Source: Spirochaetia bacterium
GTDB taxonomy: Bacteria; Spirochaetota; Spirochaetia; SZUA-6; Bin103
Assembly: GCA_965203055.1 (NCBI GenBank)
Contig: OZ241863.1
Coordinates: forward strand, 896,001-960,000
Reading direction: 5' to 3'
Length of the DNA: 64,000 nucleotides
The notes below the pieces were generated by a model, which was not told where the DNA came from, searched no databases, and worked only from the letters and a program-made list of their open reading frames with translations. This document shows, in pieces, positions 10,693-21,636 of this stretch (positions are counted from its first letter, which is position 1; every line of letters begins with the position of its first letter). The translations under genes and the position numbers were made by a program.

Positions 10693-11786
10693 GCGGCGCC
10701 GCGCAACCGATCGAGGCGGAGTTCGCCGGCGCCGTTGGCGGGTTTCGCCTGCAGGTGTCGTTCCGCTTCCCCGCGCGCGGCGTGACGGCGCTGTTCGGCC
10801 CGTCCGGCAGCGGCAAGACCACCATCCTGCGGTGCATCGCCGGACTGCAGCGGCTGCGCGGGCGATTTCTGATCGGCGGCGAGACCTGGCAGGACGATGC
10901 GCGCGGCGTGTTCCTCCGGCCCCACCGGCGGCGCCTCGGCTACGTGTTTCAAGAGGCGAGCCTGTTCCCCCACCTGTCGGTGCGCGGCAACCTGCTCTAC
11001 GGCGCCCGGCGCGCCGGCCGGCCGGCGCCGCTGACCTATGACGCGGTGGTGGAGATGATGGGGCTCGGTCGCCTGCTGGAGCGCGCCCCGGCGGCGTTGT
11101 CGGGCGGCGAGCGCCAGCGGGCGGCGGTGGGCCGCGCGCTCCTGTCGCAACCGCGCCTGCTGCTGATGGACGAGCCGCTGTCGGCGCTGGATCAGGGCGC
11201 GCGCGAAGAGATCATCGCCTGCTTCGAGGCGCTCCACCGCGAGTTGTCGATCCCGATGCTCTACGTGAGCCACGATCTCGCCGAGGTGGCGCGGCTGGCC
11301 GATCATCTGGTGGTGCTCGCGGACGGCGCCAAGCTCGCCGCCGGACCGGTGCGCGAGATTCTGGAGCGGCTCGACCTGCAGCCCGTTGCGCAGCGCTTCG
11401 AGGCCGGCGTGGTGCTGGATGCGCAGGTAGCCGCCCACGATGCGCGCTACCATCTGAGCCGGCTGCGGCACCGCCGGCAGATCATCACCGTTCCCTTGAT
11501 CGACGCGCCGGTGGGCGGGCGGGTCCGCCTGCGCATCCGGGCGCGCGACGTAGCCCTCGCCACGCGCCGCCCGCGCGCCATCAGCATCCGCAACGTGCTG
11601 GCGGGTACCGTGGCGGCGCTGCGGGAGCAGCCGGGAACCGCCTACGCCGAAGCGCTGGTGGACCTCGGCGGCGGCCGGCTGCGCGCCCGCATCACCCGCC
11701 AGGCGGCGGCCGAGCTGGAGCTGCGGGAGGGAACGCGGGTCTATGCCCTGATCAAGAGCATCTCCTTCGAGCGTCCCGACGGCTGA
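10689..11786 (+). CDS. modC: Molybdate ABC transporter ATP-binding protein
   Basis: [23 protein letters not shown] and C-terminal TOBE/Mop domain; GTGA overlap with modB. Confidence 0.95.
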   Translation: MSGAAQPIEAEFAGAVGGFRLQVSFRFPARGVTALFGPSGSGKTTILRCIAGLQRLRGRFLIGGETWQDDARGVFLRPHRRRLGYVFQEASLFPHLSVRGNLLYGARRAGRPAPLTYDAVVEMMGLGRLLERAPAALSGGERQRAAVGRALLSQPRLLLMDEPLSALDQGAREEIIACFEALHRELSIPMLYVSHDLAEVARLADHLVVLADGAKLAAGPVREILERLDLQPVAQRFEAGVVLDAQVAAHDARYHLSRLRHRRQIITVPLIDAPVGGRVRLRIRARDVALATRRPRAISIRNVLAGTVAALREQPGTAYAEALVDLGGGRLRARITRQAAAELELREGTRVYALIKSISFERPDG

Positions 11787-11838
11787 TCGAACGGCCCGGT
11801 CAGGCGCCCGCGCCGGCTCAACGCAGGCGCTCGTTACT

Positions 11839-12594
11839 TCATCTTGGTGGGAGGGCGCGGGTAGCGCGCGGGTAGCGCGCGTCGGGTGGTTGCAGGATGC
11901 GGCGCTGGCGTTCGGTCACGTCCAGGCCGTCGGCGGCCGGGTAGGCTGCGCTCCAGGCCGCGCCGTGGTGGTTGTACTTGTAGAACAGCGTGCGGCGCTC
12001 GCTCTTGCCGGACCAGGGCAGCGGGCCGTGGGTCAGCGCTTCGGTGAACAGCACGGCAGTTCCGGCCGGTCCGGTGATGCGCTCGACGAACGGCTGCCGG
12101 TCAGTCAGATCGCGCCACTCGCCCGGCAACGGGTAGTTGCTCTTGTGGCTGCCGGGCACGCAGGCGAAGCCGCCGTCCTCCGGGCCCACGTCCGCCAGGT
12201 TGTAGGCCACGACGAACAACCCGCTGTACATGCGGCCGTTGCGGAAGTCGTAGAAGTTGACCCGGCTGTAGGGAGTGCCGCCGCCGTGCAGGGTCGCGCC
12301 GATGGGGCTGAGCCCACTGCGGATCAGGTCAAGGTAGAGGTGGTCGATGCGGAACTGCTCTCCCAGGATCTCCGTCAGGTGCGGTTCCACGCGCGGGTTG
12401 TCCAACAGGTCGACGTACGGCTGCCCCCAGCTCAGCAGATGGGAGAACCGGTGCGTGGAGGCGTTCGCCGCCATCTCCCGCTCGATCCGTTCATCCAACG
12501 CGGCGTTCAGCGCCGCGAGCTGGCCGGCGTCCAGCGCATTCGGAATCACCAGGTAGCCTCGCAGATCGAACAGGTACCGCTCTTGATCGGTCAT
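11839..12594 (-). CDS. Phytanoyl-CoA dioxygenase (PhyH) family protein
   Basis: FDLRGYLVIPNAL, GGFACVPGSHK and LFTEALTHG. Confidence 0.8.
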   Translation of the reverse strand: MTDQERYLFDLRGYLVIPNALDAGQLAALNAALDERIEREMAANASTHRFSHLLSWGQPYVDLLDNPRVEPHLTEILGEQFRIDHLYLDLIRSGLSPIGATLHGGGTPYSRVNFYDFRNGRMYSGLFVVAYNLADVGPEDGGFACVPGSHKSNYPLPGEWRDLTDRQPFVERITGPAGTAVLFTEALTHGPLPWSGKSERRTLFYKYNHHGAAWSAAYPAADGLDVTERQRRILQPPDARYPRATRALPPR

Positions 12595-12628
12595 CTATCT
12601 CCTCTCCGCCGGTACCGATAATATCACG

Positions 12629-15022
12629 TTATGGGCGGCGTTCGGGGGGAGGCGTCTCCAGGCGGGCGCGGTCGCTGCGCTGCAGCCAGATTTCGCTTAC
12701 CTGCGCGCCGCGCCCGGGGCCGCCGAGCTCCTCGTGGAACACGCGCAGGGTGACCGTGCCGTCGGCCGCGCTGCCGGCGGGCAGGTCGAAGCTCAGGGGG
12801 CCGCGCGGGTCGGGCTTGGCGAGCCAGCCGTGCACCGCGCGCGTGATACCGTCCCCGCCGACCGCGTCCATCCGCACCCGCGGCAGGTCGCGGCCGGAAC
12901 GGCGCTCGCCGTATACCACCGCCACGCGGTAGCCGGCGGCAGGGTCGAGCCCGGTGTAGCGGATCTGCAGCGGGCCGCGGCCGATCGACTCGGCGTGGGT
13001 GAGCCAGGCGCTGGGGATTGCCTCGGCGGGGTAGGGGATGGCGAACCCCTGCAGCGCCGAATCGAGAAACGAAGGATCGTCCCGGAACCCGCGGCCGGTC
13101 ACCAGATGAGCCTGCTGCGCCGCCGTCCCGAAGTTGTCGTAGCAGCCGCCGGGGCCGGGGTCGGTGCGGCGCAGGATCGCGTCCACCGCCTCCAGGCGCG
13201 CGTCCTCCGCGGCCTGCGCCGCGATTTCCGCGCACCGCTGCTGCAGCCAGAGGCGGTCGTTGAGCGGGTATTCGAGGCCGTCGAGGCTGGCGCCGCGGCG
13301 CACTGCCTGCGCGCCATAGCGGGCCACCGAGAGTTGCGCGTGGATGCTCTGGAACAGCGCCTCGGCCAGCGCGTAGACGCGCGCCCGCAGCTCACCCTGG
13401 CGCGCCTCGGCCGCGGCGTGGTCGAGAATCCGCAGGGCGCGGTCGCAGGCTGTCCGCGCGCCGAGGTCGGGGGCGCGCCGCAGCTCGGCGATGGCGCGCG
13501 TCCAGGCGGCGGTCTCGGCGATCAGCCGCTCGCGGACGTAAGCGTCGGAGTAAGCGCGGTAGAGGAGCTGCAGGAAGCGCCAGCTCTTGAGCGCCCGCGG
13601 CGGCGCGGCCCGCTCCAGCGCCTGGAAGCGCAGCAGGGTCGTCTCCACCGTGGTGTTGGCCAGCAGCGGCCCGCGCCAGTTGCCCTCCAATCCAAGGATC
13701 CCCGCGGCCACCCCGTCCGCCAGATCGGGGTGAACGAACAACCGCCCATACTGGCGCAGTACGGCGTGGACGTCCGCCTGCGGATCCCACAGCAGGGCGC
13801 TCCACAACATCTTGTTGAGATCGTCGTTGTTGCCCTCGCAGTAGGTCAGGGCGCCGCTCGACCAGGGCGCGCTCAGCGCCGCGATGCGCGCCTGGTCGAG
13901 CGGCCGCGGGTTGATCGGCTCGCGGCCCTGGCAGGCGGCCAGCGCCCAGTCCCAATCCGGGACCGGGTACTGGCATGACCAGCAGTGGGTGATGTCGGGA
14001 TACAGGCGGATCGGGTAGCGCGCCGGCACGCGCGCCCGGAACGCCTCCGGCGTCAGGTGAATCCAGGGGCCGAAGATCACCCCGTCGAGCCAGTCGAGGC
14101 CGCGCTCCAGCGCGGCGTAGAAGTGGGCCTCGTCGGCGCCGTGAAAGCCCTGCGGCGCGATCCACATCTGGGCCGCGGGATGGAGCTCGTTGAGAGAACG
14201 CTTCTGGCGCTCCGCCAAGGCCAGCAGCAGGTCAGCCGGGGTAGCGCCCGGGTCGCCGCCCGGGATGAATACGGCGTCCACCCGCGGCAGGCGCGCGAAC
14301 ACGCCGCGCCACTCGGCAACGGCATGCGCCGCGGCAGCCTCGTTCCCGTAGTCGGCATCCAGGGCGGGAAACCAGATCCAGAGGTCGAGGTCGTAGCGGT
14401 CGGCGATGGCCGAGACCGCGGCCATCATGTCGATCTGGGGGAGCGGGAAGTGGTCGGAATCCGCGGCGTCGTCGGACCGGGGCGGGATGATCTCGACGGC
14501 GTTGGCGCCGAACAGGGCCAGCTCGCGGAGGTATTGCTCCCACTCGGCGACGGTCCAGCCGGCGTAGGAGTTGGTCTTCGGGCGGTAGCCGACCTGATGC
14601 CCGCGCAACGGATAGTGGGGCGCGGAGAGCACCGGTCCGCCGGCCAGCAGCGAGTCGGGCAGCAGTACCGAGGAACGGCGGACTTCCAGGTGGCGCAGCA
14701 GCCAACCCACCCCGTACAGCACGCCGCGGGCGTCGTTGCCGGTGACGCAAAGCGCAGCGCCGCGGCGTTCGATGCGGAATCCCTCCGGCCTCGCGGCGAA
14801 CTGGGCGGCGCGAAACGACTGCGCCTCCTGCGCCGACCAGCGCGCGCCGGCCCGCACCGCGGTGGCGGCGTCGCGCAGCAGGATCACCGGACCGGCGCCG
14901 TCCTCCGCCGGCCACACCTGCTGCGCGCGGCGGGCGACCTCTTCGGCCAACACGGTCCGCGCATGGCGGCAGCGCGGCGAGCCCTCCGCCGCAACTTCGA
15001 TCCGGGCCTCCGTCAGATTCAC
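12629..15022 (-). CDS. Large hypothetical protein with a GH20/GH67-type N-terminal domain (putative glycoside hydrolase-like)
   Basis: PEGFRI..VTGNDARGVLYGVG..P.YPLRGH motif; GTG start after a GGAGGAGG RBS. Confidence 0.55.
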   Translation of the reverse strand: MNLTEARIEVAAEGSPRCRHARTVLAEEVARRAQQVWPAEDGAGPVILLRDAATAVRAGARWSAQEAQSFRAAQFAARPEGFRIERRGAALCVTGNDARGVLYGVGWLLRHLEVRRSSVLLPDSLLAGGPVLSAPHYPLRGHQVGYRPKTNSYAGWTVAEWEQYLRELALFGANAVEIIPPRSDDAADSDHFPLPQIDMMAAVSAIADRYDLDLWIWFPALDADYGNEAAAAHAVAEWRGVFARLPRVDAVFIPGGDPGATPADLLLALAERQKRSLNELHPAAQMWIAPQGFHGADEAHFYAALERGLDWLDGVIFGPWIHLTPEAFRARVPARYPIRLYPDITHCWSCQYPVPDWDWALAACQGREPINPRPLDQARIAALSAPWSSGALTYCEGNNDDLNKMLWSALLWDPQADVHAVLRQYGRLFVHPDLADGVAAGILGLEGNWRGPLLANTTVETTLLRFQALERAAPPRALKSWRFLQLLYRAYSDAYVRERLIAETAAWTRAIAELRRAPDLGARTACDRALRILDHAAAEARQGELRARVYALAEALFQSIHAQLSVARYGAQAVRRGASLDGLEYPLNDRLWLQQRCAEIAAQAAEDARLEAVDAILRRTDPGPGGCYDNFGTAAQQAHLVTGRGFRDDPSFLDSALQGFAIPYPAEAIPSAWLTHAESIGRGPLQIRYTGLDPAAGYRVAVVYGERRSGRDLPRVRMDAVGGDGITRAVHGWLAKPDPRGPLSFDLPAGSAADGTVTLRVFHEELGGPGRGAQVSEIWLQRSDRARLETPPPERRP

Positions 15023-15167
15023 GCGCGCGCCTCCTCCCCTCGCCGCATACCCAAGCACGAGACCGGCGCCCCCGTCGAGTGCCTGCGGGCGGGCCGGGCG
15101 GGGGTGGGGTGGCGCCAACTGGCCCAAGTGGCAGTGAGCAGGTAATCTCAGGACTGGCGCGGCGATA

Positions 15168-16175
15168 ATGGCGATGACGCATCTGGAGCTGATAGAGGAA
15201 TGGTTCGAGGAACGACGTGACGGTACTTGGGAACCTCGGTCCGGATTCAAGCTGGAAAGCACCGACAATCCCGGATGGCTCGCGACCATCGACACGGATC
15301 CCGTTCACCTGGAGTCGATCTCGGGACGGCGCGGAGATGAGGAAACTCGAGTGGAAGGTCAGGTGCTGGACGGAAAGGTTCGCATATTTTCGGAATCATT
15401 GACGGCGTGTATGGAGTCGATCGTGACGTTGATCATCCGGGAGCGTGAGATACGACGGCCAGGCCAGTCCAAAAGCCGCGGGTACATGACTCATACTCAG
15501 GAGATGATGTGCCTGGAAAAGATAGATGAATGGTACCGGGAGCTATGCGACGGCCTGTGGGAACATGAATTCGGGTTCAAGCTGGAAAGCACCGACGTCC
15601 CAGGATGGCTCGTTACCACCGACATGGCTCACGTCGACCTGGATTCTGTCCGGGGGTGGCGCGAAAACATCGAAACCTGTCACCGGGTGGACGTTCGGAT
15701 GGCGGACGGGAAGATCCGCATCCGGTCGGAATCATTGACTTCGTGTCTGGAATCGGTCGTAACGCTGATCATTCATGAGCAAGCACAGCGCGCGTACCGG
15801 GGCGAGCCGTCCCCATTCCTCACGACCGACGAGATCCCGGCAGGCAGTCACGTGACTCGTACGCATGAGAAGGCGCACCTGGCGTTGATGGAAGATTGGT
15901 TCAAGGAGCATCAATGCGGGCTCAAGCTGGAAGGCAGCGGCACCGCCGGATGGCTCGTGACCATCGACGCGGCTCCCGTCGACCGGGAGTCGGTCTTGAG
16001 GTTGCGCGAAATCGTGGAAGCCCGCGAAATCGTGAAAGTTCGGATGGCGGACCGGAAGATCCGCATCTGGTCGAAATCATTGACTTCGTGTCTGGAGGCG
16101 GTCGTCATGCTGATCGATTTTCATGAGCAATCAGGACAACCGAGGCGAGCTGTCCCCAAGACGGTGAGACTGTAA
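15168..16175 (+). CDS. Protein with three tandem Imm53-like immunity domains
   Basis: Repeated EWF..DGxWE..GFKLESTDNPGWLxTID motif (three copies, the third degenerate); DNA-level repeats; more AT-rich than the flanks. Confidence 0.72.
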   Translation: MAMTHLELIEEWFEERRDGTWEPRSGFKLESTDNPGWLATIDTDPVHLESISGRRGDEETRVEGQVLDGKVRIFSESLTACMESIVTLIIREREIRRPGQSKSRGYMTHTQEMMCLEKIDEWYRELCDGLWEHEFGFKLESTDVPGWLVTTDMAHVDLDSVRGWRENIETCHRVDVRMADGKIRIRSESLTSCLESVVTLIIHEQAQRAYRGEPSPFLTTDEIPAGSHVTRTHEKAHLALMEDWFKEHQCGLKLEGSGTAGWLVTIDAAPVDRESVLRLREIVEAREIVKVRMADRKIRIWSKSLTSCLEAVVMLIDFHEQSGQPRRAVPKTVRL

Positions 16176-16311
16176 CGCGGCCCGTCCGGCCCGCCAAGTC
16201 AGGTCAGCGGTCCGGGCGGCGAGCGGGCGGTTGGCCGGCGGCCGTCCGCGCCGGTAAGGCAGCCTCGAATCGGGGGCAGGCTGCCGGTGCCGCGCCGGGC
16301 TGATCGCGCCG

Positions 16312-16599
16312 CTACGCCGGCGCCGCGGCGGTGCGGCCGAACCGCTGGGCCGCGCGCGCCCGCGCCTTGGCCGCCTCCGCCTCGCGGTTGCGCGGCGGAG
16401 CGCTGGTGACCAGCCCGTCCAACAGCCGTTGGGTGGCCCCGGCGACTTCGTCCACCGCGCGCAGGAACACGGCCGCGTTGGCGCGTGACGGCTTGCCGGC
16501 GCCGGCTACCTTGCGCACGTACTGCAGCGCGGCGGCGCGCACCTCCTCGGGCGTCGCCGGCGGCGCGAAATTGTTCAGGGGGCGTATGTTGCGGCACAC
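16312..16599 (-). CDS. DUF2277 family protein
   Basis: MCRNIRPLNNFAPPATPEEVRAAALQYVRKV signature. Confidence 0.85.
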   Translation of the reverse strand: MCRNIRPLNNFAPPATPEEVRAAALQYVRKVAGAGKPSRANAAVFLRAVDEVAGATQRLLDGLVTSAPPRNREAEAAKARARAAQRFGRTAAAPA

Positions 16600-16639
16600 G
16601 GTCTCGCATCATACCATATTGGGCTGGCTGGGTTGACGG

Positions 16640-16688
16640 TTGACAGACCTCTCGTACAGTCGTATCATCGGAAATGATGAAATACGAC
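16640..16688 (+). promoter_or_regulatory. Sigma70-type promoter with overlapping imperfect palindrome
   Basis: TTGACA(16640)-N17-TATCAT(16663); GTCGTATCATC..GATGAAATACGAC dyad over the -10 and start site. Confidence 0.65.
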
Positions 16689-16739
16689 GCGTGCCCGCCG
16701 CAGCGCGATTCAACCATCCGTGAACACTCCGATTCATCG

Positions 16740-16886
16740 ATGGTACCCAGGATGAAGCGGCTGACCATCGACGTATCCGCAGAGCTGCATTCTGCCATAA
16801 AGGTGGATTGCGCCCGGAAGGGCATAAAGATGGCGGACGCCATCCGCGACCTGCTCGCAAGCGAATTTGGCGAGGGTGCGCAGTAG
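16740..16886 (+). CDS. Small ribbon-helix-helix (ParG/CopG-like) DNA-binding protein
   Basis: [34 protein letters not shown] pattern; the start could also be 16674 or 16752. Confidence 0.7.
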   Translation: MVPRMKRLTIDVSAELHSAIKVDCARKGIKMADAIRDLLASEFGEGAQ

Positions 16887-17641
16887 TGCCTCATCGGCAG
16901 TTGACTCTCCTCACCGAGGCCGAAGAACGTACTCCATCCGGCCGCAAGAGACCGGATGGCGTCGCTACGACGGATTTGGTCCTGTCGGCGTATGTCGGGA
17001 ATAATGCGGATGTCTTCCCTTCGGTGCTGCGTCTTCATGTACCGGACGGAGCGAAGATCGCAGACGTTACCTACGGGAAAGGAGTATTTTGGCGCAAGAT
17101 AGACGTCGAAAGATACGATCTTCATCCATCTGACATAGCCGATGGAGTAGACTGCCGTGATCTGCCCTACGAGGATGCGTCGTTTGACTGCCTGGTCTTC
17201 GATCCTCCGTACATGGAGGGATTCTTCCGCAACGACAACTCGATAAAGGCTGGAGCGGGGACCCACAACACATTTCGCGACCACTACTCCAACGGACATG
17301 AAGCGCCAAGAAAAGGCGGCGGCAAATGGCATGCGGCGGTCGTGGAGCTATACACGGCCGGCGGCCGTGAAGCCTATCGCGTGTTACGGGATGGCGGTAT
17401 TTTCATAGTCAAGTGCCAGGACGAAGTAAGCGCCAACAGACAAAATCTTACACACGTTGAAGTTATCAACGCATATGCGGAAACGGGATTCTTCTGCAAG
17501 GATCTGTTCGTCGTGGTGCGGCCCAACAAGCCTGGAATGAGCCGGGTCATCAAGCAGGTTCACGCCCGTAAGAACCACTCCTATTTTCTGATATTCGTGA
17601 AGATACCGGTTGGAAAGACGGCCTCTCAGATGCGGTTCTGA
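16886..17641 (+). CDS. Amino (N4-C/N6-A) DNA methyltransferase
   Basis: SAM-binding ADVTYGKG followed by catalytic FDPPY; GTG overlaps the stop codon of the RHH gene. Confidence 0.8.
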   Translation: MPHRQLTLLTEAEERTPSGRKRPDGVATTDLVLSAYVGNNADVFPSVLRLHVPDGAKIADVTYGKGVFWRKIDVERYDLHPSDIADGVDCRDLPYEDASFDCLVFDPPYMEGFFRNDNSIKAGAGTHNTFRDHYSNGHEAPRKGGGKWHAAVVELYTAGGREAYRVLRDGGIFIVKCQDEVSANRQNLTHVEVINAYAETGFFCKDLFVVVRPNKPGMSRVIKQVHARKNHSYFLIFVKIPVGKTASQMRF

Positions 17642-18219
17642 ATTATCTCGTTCATCAGTGTGAACGGCTCTTCCAAGAACGGAGGTTGCGGAGGCCAACT
17701 GACGTTTACCAACGTAGCGAGCAAGTGCCGACGCTGGTAATCGGTGTACTTCCGGTAACTCGACGTGGGAAGATCGTCGTTCTTGGCGAACACGAAGCGC
17801 CAGATGCCTGCAAAGGCGAAGACGTTGACTGCCAGTATGTCGAACTCTCCTTTCAGCAGGCAGGTGGTGGTAACGGCGCTGCCGTCCGGCAACGTGACTT
17901 CCCGACGATCGCTGGCATCGACTTGCGCCTTGCCGGTCCAGCCGTCGTCGGTCCTCCTGATCGTGGCGGTCTGCAGCGACTTGGACTCGAAGATGAAATC
18001 GTGCTCTTTGTAGACAACTATCCGGTCACCCTTCTTCTTTCGGTCATGGTCGTCATGCTTGCCTACATGCGAAATACCTTTACCGGATAACCAGAGTTGT
18101 TCGAGCTTCATCTCGGCCAGATAGCCAATGATCATGCCGCGCAGACTCGGATTCCGGTCGATGACCTTGGTGAGGTCCTCCGCCGTTATGTCCCATCGTT
18201 CAAGTATTGAGTCAGCCAT
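17626..18219 (-). CDS. Putative type II restriction endonuclease (PD-(D/E)xK)
   Basis: GD-x11-ESK catalytic-like motif and FDILAVN; convergent with and overlapping the MTase. Confidence 0.6.
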   Translation of the reverse strand: MADSILERWDITAEDLTKVIDRNPSLRGMIIGYLAEMKLEQLWLSGKGISHVGKHDDHDRKKKGDRIVVYKEHDFIFESKSLQTATIRRTDDGWTGKAQVDASDRREVTLPDGSAVTTTCLLKGEFDILAVNVFAFAGIWRFVFAKNDDLPTSSYRKYTDYQRRHLLATLVNVSWPPQPPFLEEPFTLMNEIIQNRI

Positions 18220-18261
18220 GCGTCGTCCGTGGTCAGGGTATCATGGCGTCGAACCGGTACG

Positions 18262-18980
18262 TCAGCCGTCCGGTCGCCGCTGTTGCAGGTAGCGGCGGCG
18301 CCGTTCGGGGAGAATTTCTCGATGGCGTAGCGGAGCATGGTGCGCGGCATGCGCGCGGCATGGCGATCGAGGAAGCGCTCTTCGACGGCCTGGTCGCGCT
18401 TGCCGACTTCGCGCAGCATCCAGCCGACCGCCTTGTGGATCAGGTCGTGCGGGTGGTCGCGCAGCAGCTCGGCCAGCCGCAGCGTGTCGTCGAACTGGCC
18501 GGCCTCGATGAACCGGAAGGTGGCAAGCACCGCGACCCGCTGGCGCCACAGGCGCCCGGAGCGCGCCAATTCGTAGAGCACTGCGCGGTCGCGGCTCAAC
18601 AGATGGGCGCCCAGGATGTGCGGCGCCGACCCGTCCACCAAGTCCCAACTGTTCACCGCGTCGAGTTGTTGCAGGTAGAAGCCGGCGATCGTCTCCCGCT
18701 CCGCCGGCGCCGCGCGCCGGTAGCGGTCGGCCAGCACGAACAGCCCCGCCTGCCGGTGCTCGTGGCAGGGGCTCGCCAGCACCTCGGCCAGGTCGGGCAG
18801 CGGCAGCTCGCGATGGCGGCGGGCGATCGCGCGCACCTGCGGGACGCGCAGCCCAAGGAAGCGGTCACCTTCACCGTACTCGCCGGGTCCCGTGCGAAAG
18901 AACCGCTGCAGATGCCGCGCCCGCTCGGGATCGGCGGCCCCGTCCAGTTCCGCGCACAGCGAGTGTGCCGCGTTCCTCAT
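18262..18980 (-). CDS. DNA alkylation repair protein (AlkD-like); apparent 1-nt frameshift near the C-terminus
   Basis: FFRTGPGEYGEGDRFLG, NSWDLVD, KAVGWMLRE and MPRTMLRYAIEKF; the expected tail PERRRRYL lies in another frame. Confidence 0.88.
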
Positions 18981-19464
18981 CGCGATCTCCCTCGACAGGT
19001 TGCACGGCATGACGCAGCGCCGCAAGGCGGAGAATCGAACGCGGCGGCGCCGCGGCGCCTGGGCGGCCGCCCGCGAGATCGGATGTTGGACGCTCCGCGG
19101 GCGAGCGTGGTAGAGTGCCGGCAGCCGGCAGCCGCCTACGCTGCCCGCAATCATACGCCGTTCCTGTTTCCGGCGGCGAGTTCGAGGAGGACTGCTCCAT
19201 GCACCTGACGGATACGCTGGCAGGCAACCGGGACGTGTTCCCGCTGCCGGCGCTGAAACGCATCCTACCCCCCCCCCTGATCGACGAGTACGACAACCTT
19301 ACCTGACGCCTCCCGGCGTTTCGGACGCGGACGCCAATCACGCCTCGCCGACGGCGGCCGCTTCTAGCTCTAGCGCAACTTCCTCTCCACGCTCCACGGC
19401 ACCGGGAACGGCTGCTTGGCACGGCTGTTCGTCACCGGCGGGCCGCCGACCGGCAGGGGTCCGC

Positions 19465-21633
19465 TTGCTCGCGCTGTTGATGGCCGCCGGTATCGCCCTG
19501 CTGGCGTGCACGCAAGCGGCGCGGCCGGCGGCAACGACCGGCTCCGGCGGCGCGGGCGCGGGGACCGGAGGGACCGGCGGCGGCGAGTCACCGGCCGCGC
19601 CGACCCCGACCCCGCAGCCGGCCGAGAAGAGCTGGCCGATCGGTGAAGATGCCTTCGATGACGAGGCGAACCTGGGCGCCACGACGATCCGCTCCGCGCC
19701 GTTTGCCTGGGACGGGATCACCGGCGACAAGGTGCGCGTGTCGATCGGCGGCCACGATCTGCCGTTCACGAGCACCACGAACGAGCCGGTCTTCGCGTCC
19801 GACATCAGCGGTGCGGAGTGGTCGGTTGCCGCCGAAGTCAGCGCGGGATCCATCGTGCTCGTGCTCACCGCCCCGGATCAGTCGGAAGACACCGATTTCG
19901 TCGAGTCGGTCGGTATTACGAACCCGGGCAGCGGCTACACCTCGGTCCCCACCATGTCCTTTTCAGCGGCGCCATCCGGCGGCACCACGGCAACCGGCAC
20001 CGCAGTGGCAAGCGGTCGCGTCGATTCCGTGTCGGTCTCGAATGCCGGCAGCGGCTACGCCTCGGTCCCGACCGTGACCTTCTCGGCGGCGCCGTCCGGC
20101 GGCACCACGGCGACCGGCGCCGTGACGGGCAGCGGCAGCGTCGATTCGGTGACGGTCTCGAACGGGGGGAGCGGCTACACCTCGGCCCCTGCCGTGGCCT
20201 TTTCGGGTGGCGGCGGCAGCGGCGCCGCGGCCACCGCGGCGCGTAGCGGTTTCGTAGATTCGGTGACGGTCACGAACGCCGGCAGCGGCTACACCTCGGC
20301 CCCCACGGTGTCCTTTACGGGTGGTGGGGGCAGCGGCGCCGCCGCCACCACGGCGCTGGACCAAGAGGTAGGGCCGGTAACGGTCACGGACGCCGGCAGC
20401 GGCTACACCTCGGTCCCTACGGTGTCGTTTTCGGGCGGCGGCGGCAGCGGCGCCGCCGCCACTGCGATCGGGCCGCTTGGGGTCGATTCGGTGACGGTCA
20501 CGAACGTCGGCGGCAGCTACACCTCGGTCCCTGCGGTGTCGTTTTCGGGTGGCGGCGGCAGCGGGGCCGCCGCTACTGCGATCGGGCCGCTTGGAGTCAA
20601 TTCCGTGTCCGTCTCGGCCGCCGGCAGCGGCTACACCTCGGCCCCCACCGTGGCCTTTTCGGCAGCGCCGTCCGGCGGCTTCACGGCGACCGGCACCGCG
20701 TCAGTGGTGAGCGGGCAGGTCGTGGGAGTGATCCTCTCGAACGTGGGGAGCGGCTACACCTCGGCCCCCACCGTGACCTTCTCGGGCGGCGGCGGCAGCG
20801 GCGCCGCCGCCACCGCAACGCTGCGTACCACCAGTGGCGTCCTCTCGGTGTCGGTCACGACCGCCGGCAGCGGCTACACGTCGGCCCCCGCCGTGGCGTT
20901 TTCGGGCGGCGGCGGCAGCGGAGCCAGCGCCACCGCGGCGCTGCGCACTACCAGCGGCATCGACGGAGTGACGGTCACGAACGGCGGCACCGGTTACGCG
21001 TCGGCCCCCACCGTGGCGTTTTCGGGCGGCGGCGGCAGCGGGGCCAGCGCCACCGCCGCGCTGAGCGTTACCAGTCGCATCGCCGGAGTAACGGTCACGA
21101 CCGCCGGCAGCGGCTACACCTCGGCCCCCACCGTGGCCTTTTCGGCAGCGCCGTCCGGCGGCACCACCGCCGCCGGCACCGCGGCGCTGGACTACGAGGT
21201 AGGGACAGTGACGGTCACGACCGCCGGCAGCGGCTACGCGTCGGCGCCCGCGGTGTCCTTTTCGGGCGGCGGCGGCAGCGGGGCCGTCGCCGCCGCGGTC
21301 ATGGACTACGGGGTCGGACCGGTGGCGGTCACGAACCCGGGGAGCGGCTACGCGTCGGCGCCGACGGTGACCTTTTCAGCCGCGCCGTCCGGCGGCACTA
21401 CGGCCGTGGGCAGCGCGGTCATGGACTACCGGGTACGGTCGGTGCGGATCACGAACCGGGGGAGCGGCTACGCGTCGGCGCCCACCGTGACCTTTTCGCC
21501 GGCGCCGGCCGGCGGCACCACCGCGACCGGCATCGCAACGCTGGCGAAGAGCGGCAACGATCAGAGCCAGAACCTGTATTGGGCGCGCCAAACGCTGGCA
21601 GGCAAGCAGCTTCTGGTGCAGGTAGGGGAGTGA
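19465..21633 (+). CDS. Lipoprotein with 14 [14 protein letters not shown] repeats (paralog 1)
   Basis: Lipobox IALLAC, shared N-domain, repeats at 19900-21543 and C-terminal [18 protein letters not shown]. Confidence 0.85.
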   Translation: MLALLMAAGIALLACTQAARPAATTGSGGAGAGTGGTGGGESPAAPTPTPQPAEKSWPIGEDAFDDEANLGATTIRSAPFAWDGITGDKVRVSIGGHDLPFTSTTNEPVFASDISGAEWSVAAEVSAGSIVLVLTAPDQSEDTDFVESVGITNPGSGYTSVPTMSFSAAPSGGTTATGTAVASGRVDSVSVSNAGSGYASVPTVTFSAAPSGGTTATGAVTGSGSVDSVTVSNGGSGYTSAPAVAFSGGGGSGAAATAARSGFVDSVTVTNAGSGYTSAPTVSFTGGGGSGAAATTALDQEVGPVTVTDAGSGYTSVPTVSFSGGGGSGAAATAIGPLGVDSVTVTNVGGSYTSVPAVSFSGGGGSGAAATAIGPLGVNSVSVSAAGSGYTSAPTVAFSAAPSGGFTATGTASVVSGQVVGVILSNVGSGYTSAPTVTFSGGGGSGAAATATLRTTSGVLSVSVTTAGSGYTSAPAVAFSGGGGSGASATAALRTTSGIDGVTVTNGGTGYASAPTVAFSGGGGSGASATAALSVTSRIAGVTVTTAGSGYTSAPTVAFSAAPSGGTTAAGTAALDYEVGTVTVTTAGSGYASAPAVSFSGGGGSGAVAAAVMDYGVGPVAVTNPGSGYASAPTVTFSAAPSGGTTAVGSAVMDYRVRSVRITNRGSGYASAPTVTFSPAPAGGTTATGIATLAKSGNDQSQNLYWARQTLAGKQLLVQVGE

Positions 21634-21636
21634 TGA

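Noticed and set aside
11855..11880. 11-bp tandem duplication GCGCGGGTAGC at the end of the PhyH gene
   Set aside because: It affects only the last few residues and has no evident function
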